A stretch of 64,000 nucleotides of DNA, taken from assembly GCA_964187785.1 (NCBI GenBank), contig OZ076414.1:72354001-72418000 (forward strand), read 5' to 3'. Of this stretch, positions 36,201 through 51,200 are shown piece after piece. Position 1 is the first letter of the stretch, and each line of letters starts with the position of its first letter. The notes beneath the pieces were generated by a model. It was not told the DNA's origin. It searched no databases and saw only the letters and a program-made list of their open reading frames with translations. Source of the DNA: Amphiscolops sp. MND2022 (lineage: Eukaryota). The position numbers and the translations under genes are program-made.

Positions 36201-39200
36201 GAGAGTAACAAGTTCATAATATTGTTTATAACATCATAGAAAAGAAAATCAACAGTATGAAGTTGCTCAAAATTTTCATGTTGAAAGCTGGCCAATGTTT
36301 TTCGGACTTTTGGTGAGCGGGCGATTGTTGGGGTGACTAGGCGTTTCATTATTCCAAATGACTGATGTATGTTATTACAAAATTTTGGAAAATTCAATGT
36401 TCAAACTATTTGCTCATACGTTTGAAAGTTAAACGTCTAGTTTTTTGAGGGCATCAAATCTTGCGAGAGTCAGGTTCACGATGGTGACTCTAGGAAACTT
36501 TCACGAGTCCTTTCCTGCCATTGACCCTGAAGGGTATTGTTCCAAAATGTGCGCAGCGACCAGCATCCTCTGAAAACCCGGAATCGTCTTCTGATGGCGT
36601 TTGCAGATGCCCTTCTCACCGCAGCTTCAGTTTTTCTTACTTTTTTGCCCAAAGCGAAACAGCCTTGTCTGTCGCCTATGGTAATGAAGACTCTATGTCG
36701 AACATGAGTCCTGTTGTCTCTAATTGTCACCATCGGAATTACCTTCGGAACCTCTTGTTGCACTGCTAAATAAAAATTTTACCCTGTTAGTCCTGTAGAT
36801 GTCCAGAGTTCACCAATTAAAATCATTTCCTTTTCGTTCAAAATACTTTTTCTTGATATGAATCTGGCTGATGACATCTAAACTGGTTCTATGTGACAGT
36901 GAGGGTCTACTTATGTTCGTGACTGAAGTTGAGACTTGACATTTTTGTCGTATTGGAAAAAATAACTGCCATGAAAGATCACAAGAACGGAGAAATCTGT
37001 TGCTGAAACGACTGTTAGTGATGTGAATCTTGTACAAGAATGTTTGTTTTTGTTGCCTGGGTCAAAACAATGATAGCATAGATGATATGCCTAGAACTTC
37101 GAAATATTTTGAGACCCCCATGAATTTTCAATGGGAAGTCTGAAATTTATGCGACAACTGAGAATTTAAAGAACAGTAGGCACTGACAAACCGAAAAATT
37201 ATGGGACCACACTAAAACATAAATACCGACACAGCTAAAAAGTATTACTCCTAGAAGATATGGGACATCTAAGCAACTACCCACCGACACCGCAAAACAG
37301 ACGAAGACTAGTATGACTCCTACCATATGGGTCACCTTGGCAGCTACCCACCGTATTGAGATTAACAATATTATAATACTGTTTACAACATCACAGAAAA
37401 GAGAATCAACAGTATGAATATTGCTCAAAATTTTCATGTTGAAAGCTGGCCAATGTATTTCGGACTTTTGGTAACGGGCGATTGCTGGGGTGACTAGGCT
37501 TTTCATATTTCCAAATGACTGATGTATGTTATTACAAAATTTTGGAAAATTCAATGTTCAAACTATTTGCTCATACGTTTGAAAGTTAAACGTCTAGTTT
37601 TTTCAGGGCATCAAATCTTGCGAGAGTCAGGTTCACGATGGTGACTCTAGGAAACTTTCACGAGTCCTTTCCTGCCATTAACCCTGAAGGGTATCGTTTC
37701 CAGAATGTGCGCAGCGACCAGCATCCTCTGAAAACCCGGAATCGTCTTCTGATGGCATTCGCAGATGCCCCTCTCACCGCAACTTGTTTTTCTTACTTTT
37801 TTGCCCAAAGCGAAACAGCCTTGTCTGTCGCCTATGGTAATGAAAACGCTATGTCGAACATGAGTTCCGTTGTCTTTAATTGCCACCATCGGAATTACCT
37901 TCGGAACCTCTTCTTGCACTGCTAAATAAAAAATTTACCCTGTTAGTCCTGTAGATGTCCAGAGTTCACCAATTAAAATCATTTCCTTTTCGTTTTTAAT
38001 ACTTTTTCATGATATGAATGTGGCTGATGACATCTTCTAAACTGGTTCTATGTGACAGTGAGGGTCTACTTATGTTCGTGACTGAGGTTGAGACTTGACA
38101 TTTTTGTCGTATTGGAAAAAATAACTGCCATGAAAGATGACAAGAACGGAGAAATCTGTTGCTGAAACGACTGTTAGTGATGTGAATCTTGTACAAGAAT
38201 GTTTGTTTTTGATGCCTGGGTCAAAACAATGATAGCATAGATGATATGCCTAGAACTTCGAAATCTTTTGAGACCCCCATGAATTTTTAATGGGAAGTCT
38301 GAAATTTATGCGACAACTGAGAATTTAAAGAACAGTAGGTTCAACAAACCGAAAAATTATGGGACCACCCTAAAACATAAATACCGACACTGCTAAAAAG
38401 TATTACTCCTAGAAAATATGGGACATCTAAGCAACTACCCACCGACTCCGCAAAACAGACGAAGACTAGTATGACTCCTACAATATGGGTCACCTTGGCA
38501 GCTACCCACCGTATTGAGATTAACAAGTTTATAATACTGTTTACAACATCACAGAAAAGAAAATAAACAGTATGAAGTTTGCTCAAAATTTTCATGTTGA
38601 AAGCTGGCCAATGTTTTTCGGACTTTTGGTGAGCGGGCGATTGTTGGGGCGACTAGGCTTTTCATATTTCCAAATGACTGATGTATGTTATTACAAAATT
38701 TTGGAAAATTCAATGTTCAAACTATTTTCTCATACGTTTGAAAGTTAAACGTCTAATTTTTTGAGGGCATCAAATCTTGCGAGAGTCAGGTTCACGATGG
38801 TGACTCTAGGAAACTTTCACGAATCCTTTCCTGCCATTGACCCTGAAGGGTATCGTTTCCAAAATGTGCGCAGCGACCAGCATCCTCTGAAAACCCGGAA
38901 TCGTCTTCTGATGGCATTCGCAGATGCCCCTCTCACCGCAACTTGTTTTTCTTACTATTTTGCCCAAAGCGAAACAGCCTTGTCTGTCGCCTATGGTAAT
39001 GAAAACGCTATGTCGAACATGAGTTCCGTTGTCTCTAATTGCCACCATCGGAATTACCTTCGGAACCTCTTCTTGCACTGCTAAATAAAAATTTTACCCT
39101 GTTAGTCCTGTAGATGTCCAGAGTTCAGCAATTAAAATCATTTCCTTTTCGTTTTTAATACTTTTTCATGATATGAATCTGGCTGATGACCTCTTCTAAA

Positions 39201-42200
39201 CTGGTTCTATGTGACAGTGAGGGTCTACTTATGTTCGTGACTGAAGTTGAGACTTGACATTTTTGTCGTATTGGAAAAAATAACTGCCATGAAAGATGAC
39301 AAGAACGGAGAAATCTGTTGCTGAAACGACTGTTAGTGATGTGAATCTTGTACAAGAATGTTTGTTTTTGTTGCCTGGGTCAAAACAATGATAGCATAGA
39401 TGATATGCCTAGAACTTCGAAATCTTTTAAGACCCCCATGAATTTTTAATGGGAAGTCTGAAACCTATGCGACAACTGAGAATTTAAAGAACAGTAGGTT
39501 CAACAAACCGAAAAATTATGGGACCACCCTAAAACATAAATACCGACACTGCTAAAAAGTATTACTCCTAGAAAATATGGGACATCTAAGCAACTACCCA
39601 CCGACACCGCAAAACAGACGAAGACTAGTATGACTCCTACAATATGGGTCACCTTGGCAGCTACCCACCGTATTGAGATTAACAAGTTTATAATACTGTT
39701 TACAACATCACAGAAAAGAAAATCAACAGTATGGAGTTTGCTCAAAATTTTCATGTTGAAAGCTGGCCAATGTTTTTCGGACTTTTGGTGAGCGGGCGAT
39801 TGTTGGGGCGACTAGGCTTTTCATATTTCCAAATGACTGATGTATGTTATTACAAAATTTTGGAAAATTCAATGTTCAAACTATTTTCTCATACGTTTGA
39901 AAGTTAAACGTCTAATTTTTTGAGGGCATCAAATCTTGCGAGAGTCAGGTTCACGATGGTGACTCTAGGAAACTTTCACGAGTCCTTTCCTGCCATTGAC
40001 CCTGAAGGGTATCGTTTCCAAAATGTGCGCAGCGACCAGCATCCTCTGAAAACCCGGAATCGTCTTCTGATGGCATTCGCAGATGCCCCTCTCACCGCAA
40101 CTTGTTTTTCTTACTATTTTGCCCAAAGCGAAACAGCCTTGTCTGTCGCCTATGGTAATGAAAACGCTATGTCGAACATGAGTTCCGTTGTCTCTAATTG
40201 CCACCATCGGAATTACCTTCGGAACCTCTTCTTGCACTGCTAAATAAAAATTTTACCCTGTTAGTCCTGTAGATGTCCAGAGTTCAGCAATTAAAATCAT
40301 TTCCTTTTCGTTTTTAATACTTTTTCATGATATGAATCTGGCTGATGACCTCTTCTAAACTGGTTCTATGTGACAGTGAGGGTCTACTTATGTTCGTGAC
40401 TGAAGTTGAGACTTGACATTTTTGTCGTATTGGAAAAAATAACTGCCATGAAAGATGACAAGAACGGAGAAATCTGTTGCTGAAACGACTGTTAGTGATG
40501 TGAATCTTGTACAAGAATGTTTGTTTTTGTTGCCTGGGTCAAAACAATGATAGCATAGATGATATGCCTAGAACTTCGAAATCTTTTAAGACCCCCATGA
40601 ATTTTTAATGGGAAGTCTGAAACCTATGCGACAACTGAGAATTTAAAGAACAGTAGGTTCAACAAACCGAAAAATTATGGGACCACCCTAAAACATAAAT
40701 ACCGACACTGCTAAAAAGTATTACTCCTAGAAAATATGGGACATCTAAGCAACTACCCACCGACACCGCAAAACAGACGAAGACTAGTATGACTCCTACA
40801 ATATGGGTCACCTTGGCAGCTACCCACCGTATTGAGATTAACAAGTTTATAATACTGTTTACAACATCACAGAAAAGAAAATCAACAGTATGGAGTTTGC
40901 TCAAAATTTTCATGTTGAAAGCTGGCCAATGTTTTTCGGACTTTTGGTGAGCGGGCGATTGTTGGGGCGACTAGGCTTTTCATATTTCCAAATGACTGAT
41001 GTATGTTATTACAAAATTTTGGAAAATTCAATGTTCAAACTATTTTCTCATACGTTTGAAAGTTAAACGTCTAATTTTTTGAGGGCATCAAATCTTGCGA
41101 GAGTCAGGTTCACGATGGTGACTCTAGGAAACTTTCACGAGTCCTTTCCTGCCATTGACTCTGAAGGGTATCGTTTCCAAAATGTGCGCAGCGACCAGCA
41201 TCCTCTGAAAACCCGGAATCGTCTTCTGATGGCATTCGCAGATGCCCCTCTCACCGCAACTTGTTTTTCTTACTATTTTGCCCAAAGCGAAACAGCCTTG
41301 TCTGTCGCCTATGGTAATGAAAACGCTATGTCGAACATGAGTTCCGTTGTCTCTAATTGCCACCATCGGAATTACCTTCGGAACCTCTTCTTGCACTGCT
41401 AAATAAAAATTTTACCCTGTTAGTCCTGTAGATGTCCAGAGTTCAGCAATTAAAATCATTTCCTTTTCGTTTTTAATACTTTTTCATGATATGAATCTGG
41501 CTGATGACATCTTCTAAACTGGTTCTATGTGACAGTGAGGGTCTACTTATGTTCGTGACTGAAGTTGAGACTTGACATTTTTGTCGTATTGGAAAAAATA
41601 ACTGCCATGAAAGATGACAAGAACGGAGAAATCTGTTGCTGAAACGACTGTTAGTGATGTGAATCTTGTACAAGAATGTTTGTTTTTGTTGCCTGGGTCA
41701 AAACAATGATAGCATAGATGATATGCCTAGAACTTCGAAATCTTTTGAGACCCCCATGAATTTTTAATGGGAAGTCTGAAATTTATTCGACAACTGAGAA
41801 ATTAAAGAACAGTAGGTTCAACAAACCGAAAAACTATGGGACCACCCTAAAACATAAATACCGACACTGCTAAAAAGTATTACTCCTAGAAAATATGGGA
41901 CATCTAAGCAACTACCCACCGACACCGCAAAACAGACTAGTATGACTCCTACAATATGGGTCACCTTGGCAGCTACCCACCGTATTGAGATTAACAAGTT
42001 TATAATACTGTTTACAACATCACAGAAAAGAAAATCAACAGTATGAAGTTTGCTCGAAGTTTCCATGTTAAAAGCTGGCCAATGTTTTTCGGACTTTCGG
42101 TGAGCGGGCGATTGTTGGGGTGACTAGGCTTTTCATATTTGCAAATGACCGATGGATGTTATTACAAAATTTTGGAAAATTCAATGTTCAAACTATTTGC

Positions 42201-45200
42201 TCATACGTTTTAAAGCTAAACGTCTAGTTTTTTGAGGGCATCAAATCTTGCGAGAGTCAGGTTCACGATGTTGCCCACGATGGTGACTCCAGGAAACTTT
42301 CACGAGTCCTTTCCTGCCATTGACCCTGAAGGGTATCGTTTCCAAAATGCGCAGCGACCAGCATCCTCTGAAAACCCGGAATCGTCTTCTGATGGCATTC
42401 GCAGATGCCCCTCTCACCGCAACTTCAGTTTTTCTTACTTTTTTGCCCAAAGCGAAGCAGCCTTGTCTGTCGCCTATGGTAATGAAAACTCTATGTCGAA
42501 CACGAGTTCCGTTGTCTCTAATTGCCACCATCGGAATTACCTTCGGAACCTCTTCTTGCACTGCTCAATAGAAATTTTACCCTGTTAGTCCTGTAGATGT
42601 CCAGAGTTCACCAATTAAAATCATTTCCTTTTCGTTTAAAATACTTTTTCATGATATGAATCTGGCTGATGACATCTTCTGATTTGGTTCTATGTGACAG
42701 TGAAGTTCTACTTATGTTCGTGACTGAAGTTGAGACTTGACATTTGTATTGGAAAAAATAACTGCCATGAAAGATGACAAGAACGGAGAAATCTGTTGCT
42801 GAAACGGCTGTTAGTGATGTGAATCTTGTACAAGAATGTTTGTTTTTGTTGCCTGGGTCAAAACAATGACAGCATAGATGATATGCCTAGAACTTCGAAA
42901 TCTTTTGAGACCATGAATTTTTAATGGGAAGTCTGAAATTTATGCGACAACTGAGAATTTAAAGAACAGTAGGTACTGACAAACCGAAAAATTATGGGAC
43001 CACCCTAAAACATAAATACCGACACTCCTAAAAAGTTTTACTCCTAGAAAATATGGGACATCTAAGCAACTACCCACCGACACCGCAAAACAGACGAAGA
43101 CTAGTATGACTCCTACAATATGGGTCACCTTGGCAGCTACCCACCGTTTTGAGATTAACAAAATCATAATACTGTTTACAACATCACTGAAAAGAAAATC
43201 AACAGTATGAAGTTTGCTCGAAATTTTTTTTTGAAAGCTGGCCAATGTTTTTCGGACTTTTGGTGAGCGGGCGATTGTTGGAGGACTAGGCTTTTCATAT
43301 TTCCAAATGACTGATGGATGTTATTACAAATTTTTGGAAAACTCAATGTTCAAACTATTTGCTCATACGTTTTAAAGCTAAACGTCTAGTTTTTTGAGGG
43401 CATCAAATCTTGCGAGAGTCAGGTTCACGATGTTGCCCACGATGGTGACTCTAGGAAACTCTCACGAGTCCTTTCCTGCCATTGACCCTGAAGGGTATCG
43501 TTTCCAAAATGTGCGCAGCGACCAGCATCCAACTTTTTTGCCCAAAGCGAAACAGCCTTGTCTGTCGCCTATGGTAATGAAAACTCTATGTCGAACATGA
43601 GTTCCGTTGTCTCTAATTGCCACCATCGGAATTACCTTCGGAACCTCTTCTTGCACTGCTCAATAGAAATTTTACCCTGTTAGTCCTGTAGAGTTCACCA
43701 ATTAAAATCATTTCCTTTTCGTTTAAAATACTTATTCATGATATGAATCTGGCTGATGACATCTTCTAATTTGGTTCTATGTGACAGTGAAGTTCTACTT
43801 ATGTTTGTGACTGAAGTTGAGACTTGACAATCGTATTGGAAAAAATAACTGCCATGAAAGATGACAAGAACGGAGAAATCTGTTGCTGAAACGGCTGTTA
43901 GTGATGTGAATCTTGTACAAGAATGTTTGTTTTTGTTGCCTGGGTCAAAACAATGATAGCATAGATGATATGCCTAGAACTTCGAAATCTTTTGAGACCA
44001 TGAATTTTTAATGGGAAGTCTGAATTTTATGCGACAACTGAGAATTTAAAGAACAGTAGGTACCGACAAACCGAAAAATTATGGGACCACCCTAAAACAT
44101 AAATACCGACACTGCTAAAAAGTATTACTCCTAGAAAATATGGGACATCTAAGCAACTACCCACCGACACCGCAAAACAGACGAAAACTAGTATGACTCC
44201 TACAATATGGGTCACCTTGGCAGCTACCCACCGTATTGAGATTAACAAGTTTATAATACTGTTTACAACATCACAGAAAAGAAAATCAACAGTATGAAGT
44301 TTGCTCGAAGTTTCCATGTTAAAAGCTGGCCAATGTTTTTCGGACTTTCGGTGAGCGGGCGATTGTTGGGGTGACTAGGCTTTTCATATTTCCAAATGAC
44401 TGATGGGTGTTATTACAAATTTTTGGAAAATTCAGTGTTCAAACTATTTGCTCATACGTTTTAAAGCTAAACGTCTAGTTTTTTGAGGGCATCAAATCTT
44501 GCGAGAGTCAGGGTCACGATGTTGCTCACGATGGTGACTCTAGGAAACTCTCACGAGTCCTTTCCTGCCATTGACCCTGAAGGGTATCGTTTCCAAAATG
44601 TGCGCAGCGACCAGCATCCTCTGAAACCCCGGAATCGTCTTCTGATGGAATTCGCAGATGCCCCTCTCACCGCAACTTCAGTTTTTCTAACTTTTTTGCC
44701 CAAAGCGAAACAGCCTTGTCTGTCGCCTATGGTAATGAAAACTCTATGTCGAACATGAGTTCCGTTGTCTCTAATTGCCACCATCGGAATTACCTTCGGA
44801 TCCTCTTCTTGCACTGCTCAATAGAAATTTTACCCTGTTAGTCCTGTAGAGTTCACCAATTAAAATCATTTCCTTTTCTTTTAAAATACTTTTTCATGAT
44901 ATGAATCTGGCTGATGACATCTTCTTATTTGGTTCTATGTGACAGTGAAGTTCTACTTATGTTCGTGACAGAAGTGGAGACTTGACATTTGTATTGGAAA
45001 AAATAACTGCCATGAAAGATGACAAGAACGGAGAAATCTGTTGCTGAAACGGCTGTTGGTGATGTGAATCTTGAACAAGAATGTTTGTTTTTGTTGCCTG
45101 GGTCAAAACAATGATAGCATAGATGATATGCCTAGAACTTCGAAATCTTTTGAGACCCCATGAATTTTTAATAGGAAGTCTGAAATTTATGCGACAACTG

Positions 45201-48200
45201 AGAAGTTAAAGAACAGTAGGTACTGACAAACCGAAAAATTATGGGACCACCCTAAAACATAAATACCGACACTGCTAAAAAGTATTACTCCTAGAAAATA
45301 TGGGACATCTAAGCAACTACCCACCGATACCGCAAAACAGACGAAGACTAGTATGACTCCTACAATATGGGTCACCTTGGCAGCTACCCACCGTATTGAG
45401 ATTAACAAGTTTATAATACTGTTTACAACATCACAGAAAAGAAAATCAACAGTATGAAGTTTGCTCAAAATTTTCATGTTGAAAGCTGGCCAACGTTTTT
45501 CTGACTTTTGGTGAGCGGGCGATTGTTGGGGTGACTAGGCTTTTCATATTTCCAAATGACTGATGGATGTTATTACAAAATTTTGGAAAATTCAGTATTC
45601 AAACTATTTGCTCATACGTTTTGAAGCTAAACGTCTAGTTTTTTGAGGGCATCAAATCTTGCGAGAGTCAGGTTCACGATGTTGCCCACGATGGTGACTC
45701 TAGGAAACTCTCACGAGTCCTTTCCTGCCATTGACCCTGAAGGGTATCGTTTCCAAAATGTGCGCAGCGACCAGCATACTCTGAAACCCCGGAATCGTCT
45801 TCTGATGACATTCGCAGATGCCCCTCTCACCGCAACTTCAGTTTTTCGAACTTTTTTGCCCAAAGCGAAACAGCCTTGTCTGTCGCCTATGGTAATGAAA
45901 ACTCTATGTCGAACATGAGTTCCGTTGTCTCTAATTGCCACCATCCGAATTACCTTCGGATCCTCTTCTTGCACTGCTCAATAGAAATTTTACCCTGTTA
46001 GTCCTGTAGAGTTCACCAATTAAAATCATTTCCTTTTCTTTTAAAATACTTTTTCATGATATGGATCTGGCTGATGACATCTTCTAATTTGGTTCTATGT
46101 GACAGTGAAGTTCTACTTATGTTCGTGACTGAAGTGGAGACTTGACATTTGTATTGGAAAAAATAACTGCCATGAAAGATGACAAGAACGGAGAAATCTG
46201 TTGCTGAAACGGCTGTTAGTGATGTGAATCTTGTACAAGAATGTTTGTTTTTGTTGCCTGGGTCAAAACAATGATAGCATAGATGATATGCCTAGAACTT
46301 CGAAATCTTTTGAGACCCCATGAATTTTTAATAGGAAGTCTGAAATTTATTCGACAACTGAGAAGTTAAAGAACAGTAGGTACTGACAAACCGAAAAATT
46401 ATGGGACCACCCTAAAACAAATACCGACACTGCTAAAAAGTATTACTCCTAGAAAATATGGGACATCTAAGCAACTACCCACCGACACCGCAAAACAGAC
46501 GAAGACTAGTATGACTCCTACAATATGGGTCACCTTGGCAGCTACCCACCGTATTGAGATTAACAAGTTTATAATACTGTTTACAACATCACAGAAAAGA
46601 AAATCAACAGTATGTTTGCTCAAAATTTTCATGTTGAAAGCTGGCCAACGTTTTCTGACTTTTGGTGAGCGGGCGATTGTTGGGGTGACTAGGCTTTTCA
46701 TATTTCCAAATGACTGATGGATGTTATTACAAAATTTTGGAAAATTCAGTATTCAAACTATTTGCTCATACGTTTTGAAGCTAAACGTCTAGTTTTTTGA
46801 GGGCATCAAATCTTGCGAGAGTCAGGTTCACGATGTTGCCCACGATGGTGACTCTAGGAAACTCTCACGAGTCCTTTCCTGCCATTGACCCTGAAGGGTA
46901 TCGTTTCCAAAATGTGCGCAGCGACCAGCATCCTCTGAAACCCCGGAATCGTCTTCTGATGGCATTCGCAGATGACCCTCTCACCGCAACTTCAGTTTTT
47001 CTAACTTTTTTGCCCAAAGCGAAACAGCCTTGTCTGTCGCCTATGGTAATGAAAACTCTATGTCGAACATGAGTTCCGTTGTCTCTAATTGCCACCATCG
47101 GAATTACCTTCGGATCCTCTTCTTGCACTGCTCAATAGAAATTTTACCCTGTTAGTCCTGTAGAGTTCACCAATTAAAATTTCCTTTTCTTTTAAAATAC
47201 TTTTTCATGATACGAATCTGGCTGATGACATCTTCTAATTTGGTTCTATGTGACAGTGAAGTTCTACTTATGTTCGTGACTGAAGTGGAGACTTGACATT
47301 TGTATTGGAAAAAATAACTGCCATGAAAGATGACAAGAACGGAGAAATCTGTTGCTGAAACGGCTGTTAGTGATGTGAATCTTGTACAAGAATGTTTGTT
47401 TTTGTTGCCTGGGTCAAAACAATGATAGCATAGATGATATGCCTAGAACTTCGAAATCTTTTGAGACCCCATGAATTTTTAATAGGAAGTCTGAAATTTA
47501 TGCGACAACTGAGAAGTTAAAGAACAGTAGGTACTGACAAACCGAAAAATTATGGGACCACCCTAAAACAAATACCGACACTGCTAAAAAGTATTACTCC
47601 TAGAAAATATGGGACATCTAAGCAACTACCCACCGACACCGCAAAACAGACGAAGACTAGTATGACTCCTACAATATGGGTCACCTTGGCAGCTACCCAC
47701 CGTATTGAGATTAACAAGTTTATAATACTGTTTACAACATCACAGAAAAGAAAATCAACAGTATGTTTGCTCAAAATTTTCATGTTGAAAGCTGGCCAAC
47801 GTTTTCTGACTTTTGGTGAGCGGGCGATTGTTGGGGTGACTAGGCTTTTCATATTTCCAAATGACTGATGGATGTTATTACAAAATTTTGGAAAATTCAG
47901 TATTCAAACTATTTGCTCATACGTTTTGAAGCTAAACGTCTAGTTTTTTTGAGGGCATCAAATCTTGCGAGAGTCAGGTTCACGATGTTGCCCACGATGG
48001 TGACTCTAGGAAACTCTCACGAGTCCTTTCCTGCCATTGACCCTGAAGGGTATCGTTTCCAAAATGTGCGCAGCGACCAGCATCCTCTGAAACCCCGGAA
48101 TCGTCTTCTGATGGCATTCGCAGATGACCCTCTCACCGCAACTTCAGTTTTTCTAACTTTTTTGCCCAAAGCGAAACAGCCTTGTCTGTCGCCTATGGTA

Positions 48201-51200
48201 ATGAAAACTCTATGTCGAACATGAGTTCCGTTGTCTCTAATTGCCACCATCGGAATTACCTTCGGATCCTCTTCTTGCACTGCTCAATAGAAATTTTACC
48301 CTGTTAGTCCTGTAGAGTTCACCAATTAAAATTTCCTTTTCTTTTAAAATACTTTTTCATGATACGAATCTGGCTGATGACATCTTCTAATTTGGTTCTA
48401 TGTGACAGTGAAGTTCTACTTATGTTCGTGACTGAAGTGGAGACTTGACATTTGTATTGGAAAAAATAACTGCCATGAAAGATGACAAGAACGGAGAAAT
48501 CTGTTGCTGAAACGGCTGTTAGTGATGTGAATCTTGTACAAGAATGTTTGTTTTTGTTGCCTGGGTCAAAACAATGATAGCATAGATGATATGCCTAGAA
48601 CTTCGAAATCTTTTGAGACCCCATGAATTTTTAATAGGAAGTCTGAAATTTATGCGACAACTGAGAAGTTGAAGAACAGTAGGTACTGACAAACCGAAAA
48701 ATTATGGGACCACCCTAAAACATAAATACCGACACTGCTAAAAAGTATTACTCCTAGAAAATATGGGACATCTAAGCAACTACCCACCGACACCGCAAAA
48801 CAGACGAAGACTAGTATGACTCCTACAATATGGGTCACCTTGGCAGCTACCCACCGTATTGAGATTAACAAGTTTATAATACTGTTTACAACATCACAGA
48901 AAAGAAAATCAACAGTATGAAGTTTGCTCAAAATTTTCATGTTGAAAGCTGGCCAATGTTTTTTCGGACTTTTTGTCAGCGGGCGATTGTTGGGGTGACT
49001 AGGCTTTTCATATTTCCAAATGACTGATGGATGTTATTACAAAATTTTGGAAAATTCAGTATTCAAACTATTTGCTCATACGTTTTAAAGCTAAACGTCT
49101 AGTTTTTTGAGGGCATCAAATCTTGCGAGAGTCAGGTTCACGATGTTGCCCACGATGGTGACTCTAGGAAACTCCCACGAGTCTTTTCCTGCCATTGACC
49201 CTGAAGGGTACCGTTTCCAAAATGTGCGCAGCGACCAGCATCCTCTGAAAACCCGGAATCGTCTTCTGATGGCATTCGCAGATGCCCCTCTCACCGCAAC
49301 TTCAGTTTTTCTTACTTTTTTTGCCCAAAGCGAAACAGCCTTGTCTGTCGCCTATGGTAATGAAAACTCTGTCGAACATGAGTTCCGTTGTCTCTAATTG
49401 CCACCATCGGAATTACCTTCGCTACCTCTTCTTGCACTGCTAAATAGAAATTTTACCCTGTTAGTCCTGTAGATGACCAGAGTTCACCAATTAAAATCAT
49501 TTCCTTTTCGTTTAAACTACTTTTTCATGATATGAATCTGGCTGATGACATCTTCTAATTTGGTTCTATGTGACAATGAAGTTCTACTTATGTTCGTGAC
49601 TGAAGTTGAGACTTGACATTTGTATTGGAAAAAATAACTGCCATGAAAGATGACAAGAACGGAGAAATCTGTTGCTGAAACGGCTGTTAATGATGTGAAT
49701 CTTGTACAAGAATGTTTTTGTTGCCTGGGTCAAAACAATGATAGCATAGATGATATGCCTAGAACTTCGAAATCTTTTGAGACCCCCATGAATTTTTAAT
49801 GGGAAGTCTGAAATTTATGCGACAACTGAGAATTTCAAGAACAGTAGGCACTGACAAACCGAAAAATTATGGGACCACCCTAAAACATAAATACCGACAC
49901 TGCTAAAAAGTATTACTCCTAGAAAATATGGGACATCTAAGCAACTACCCACCGACACCGCAGAACAGACGAAGACTAGTATGACTCCTACAATATGGGT
50001 CACCTTGGCAGCTACCCACTGTATTGAGATTAACAAGTTTGTAATACTGTTTACAACATCACAGAAAAGAAAATCAACAGTTTGGAGTTTGCTCAAAATT
50101 TTCATGTTGAAAGCTGGCCAACGTTTTTCGGACTTTTGGTGAGCGGGCGATTGTCGGGGTGACTAGGCTTTTCATATTTCCAAATGACTGATGGATGTTA
50201 TTACAAAATTTTGGAAAATTCAGTATTCAAACTATTTGCTCATACGTTTTGAAGCTAAACGTCTAGTTTTTTGAGGGCATCAAATCTTACAAGAGTCAGG
50301 TTCACGATGTTGCCCACGATGGTGACTCTAGGAAACTCTCACGAGTCCTTTCCTGCCATTGACCCTGAAGGGTACCGTTTCCAAAATGTGCGCAGCGACC
50401 AGCATCCTCTGAAAACCCGGAATTGTCTTCTGATGGCATTCGCAGATGCCCCTCTCACCGCAACTTCAGTTTTTCTTACTTTTTTGCCCAAAGCGAAACA
50501 GCCTTGTCTGTCGCCTATGGTAATGAAAACTCTGTCGAACATGAGTTCCGTTGTCTCTAATTGCCACCATCGGAATTACCTTCGCTACCTCTTCTTGCAC
50601 TGCTAAATAGAAATTTTACCCTGTTAGTCCTGTAGATGTCCAGAGTTCACCAATTAAAATCATTTCCTTTTCGTTCAAAATACTTTTTCATGATATGAAT
50701 CTGGCTGATGACATCTTCTAATTTGGTTCTATGTGACAGTGAAGTTCTACTTAAGTTCGTGACTGAAGTTGAGACTTGACATTTGTATTGTAAAAAATAA
50801 CTGCCATGAAAGATGACAAGAACGGAGAAATCTGTTGCTGAAACGGCTGTTAATGATGTGAATCTTGTACAAGAATGTTTGTTTTTGTTGCCAGGGTCAA
50901 AACAATGATAGCATAGATGATATGCCTAGAACTTCGAAATCTTTTGAGACCCCCATGAATTTTTAATGGGAAGTCTGAAATTTATGCGACAACTGAGAAT
51001 TTCAAGAACAGTAGGCACTCAAAAACCGAAAAATTATGGGACCACCCTAAAACATAAATACCGACACTGCTAAAAAGTATTACTCCTAGAAAATATGGGA
51101 CACCTAAGCAACTACCCACCGACACCGCAAAACAGACGAAGACTAGTATGACTCCTACAATATGGGTCACCTTGGCAGCTACCCAGTGTATTGAGATTAA

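Noticed and set aside
37147-37554. Repeated two-TM membrane protein ORF (SIRWVAAKVTHIVGVILVFVCFAVSVG...) in each 1.16-kb unit
   Set aside because: It is the translation of a GT-rich ~70-bp sub-repeat, crosses the unit junction, and varies by frameshifts between copies; probably not coding.
37638-37925. Plus-strand ORFs MRASNLARVRFTM... in each unit
   Set aside because: Antisense shadows of the uS5-like sequence; no motif and unstable frames.
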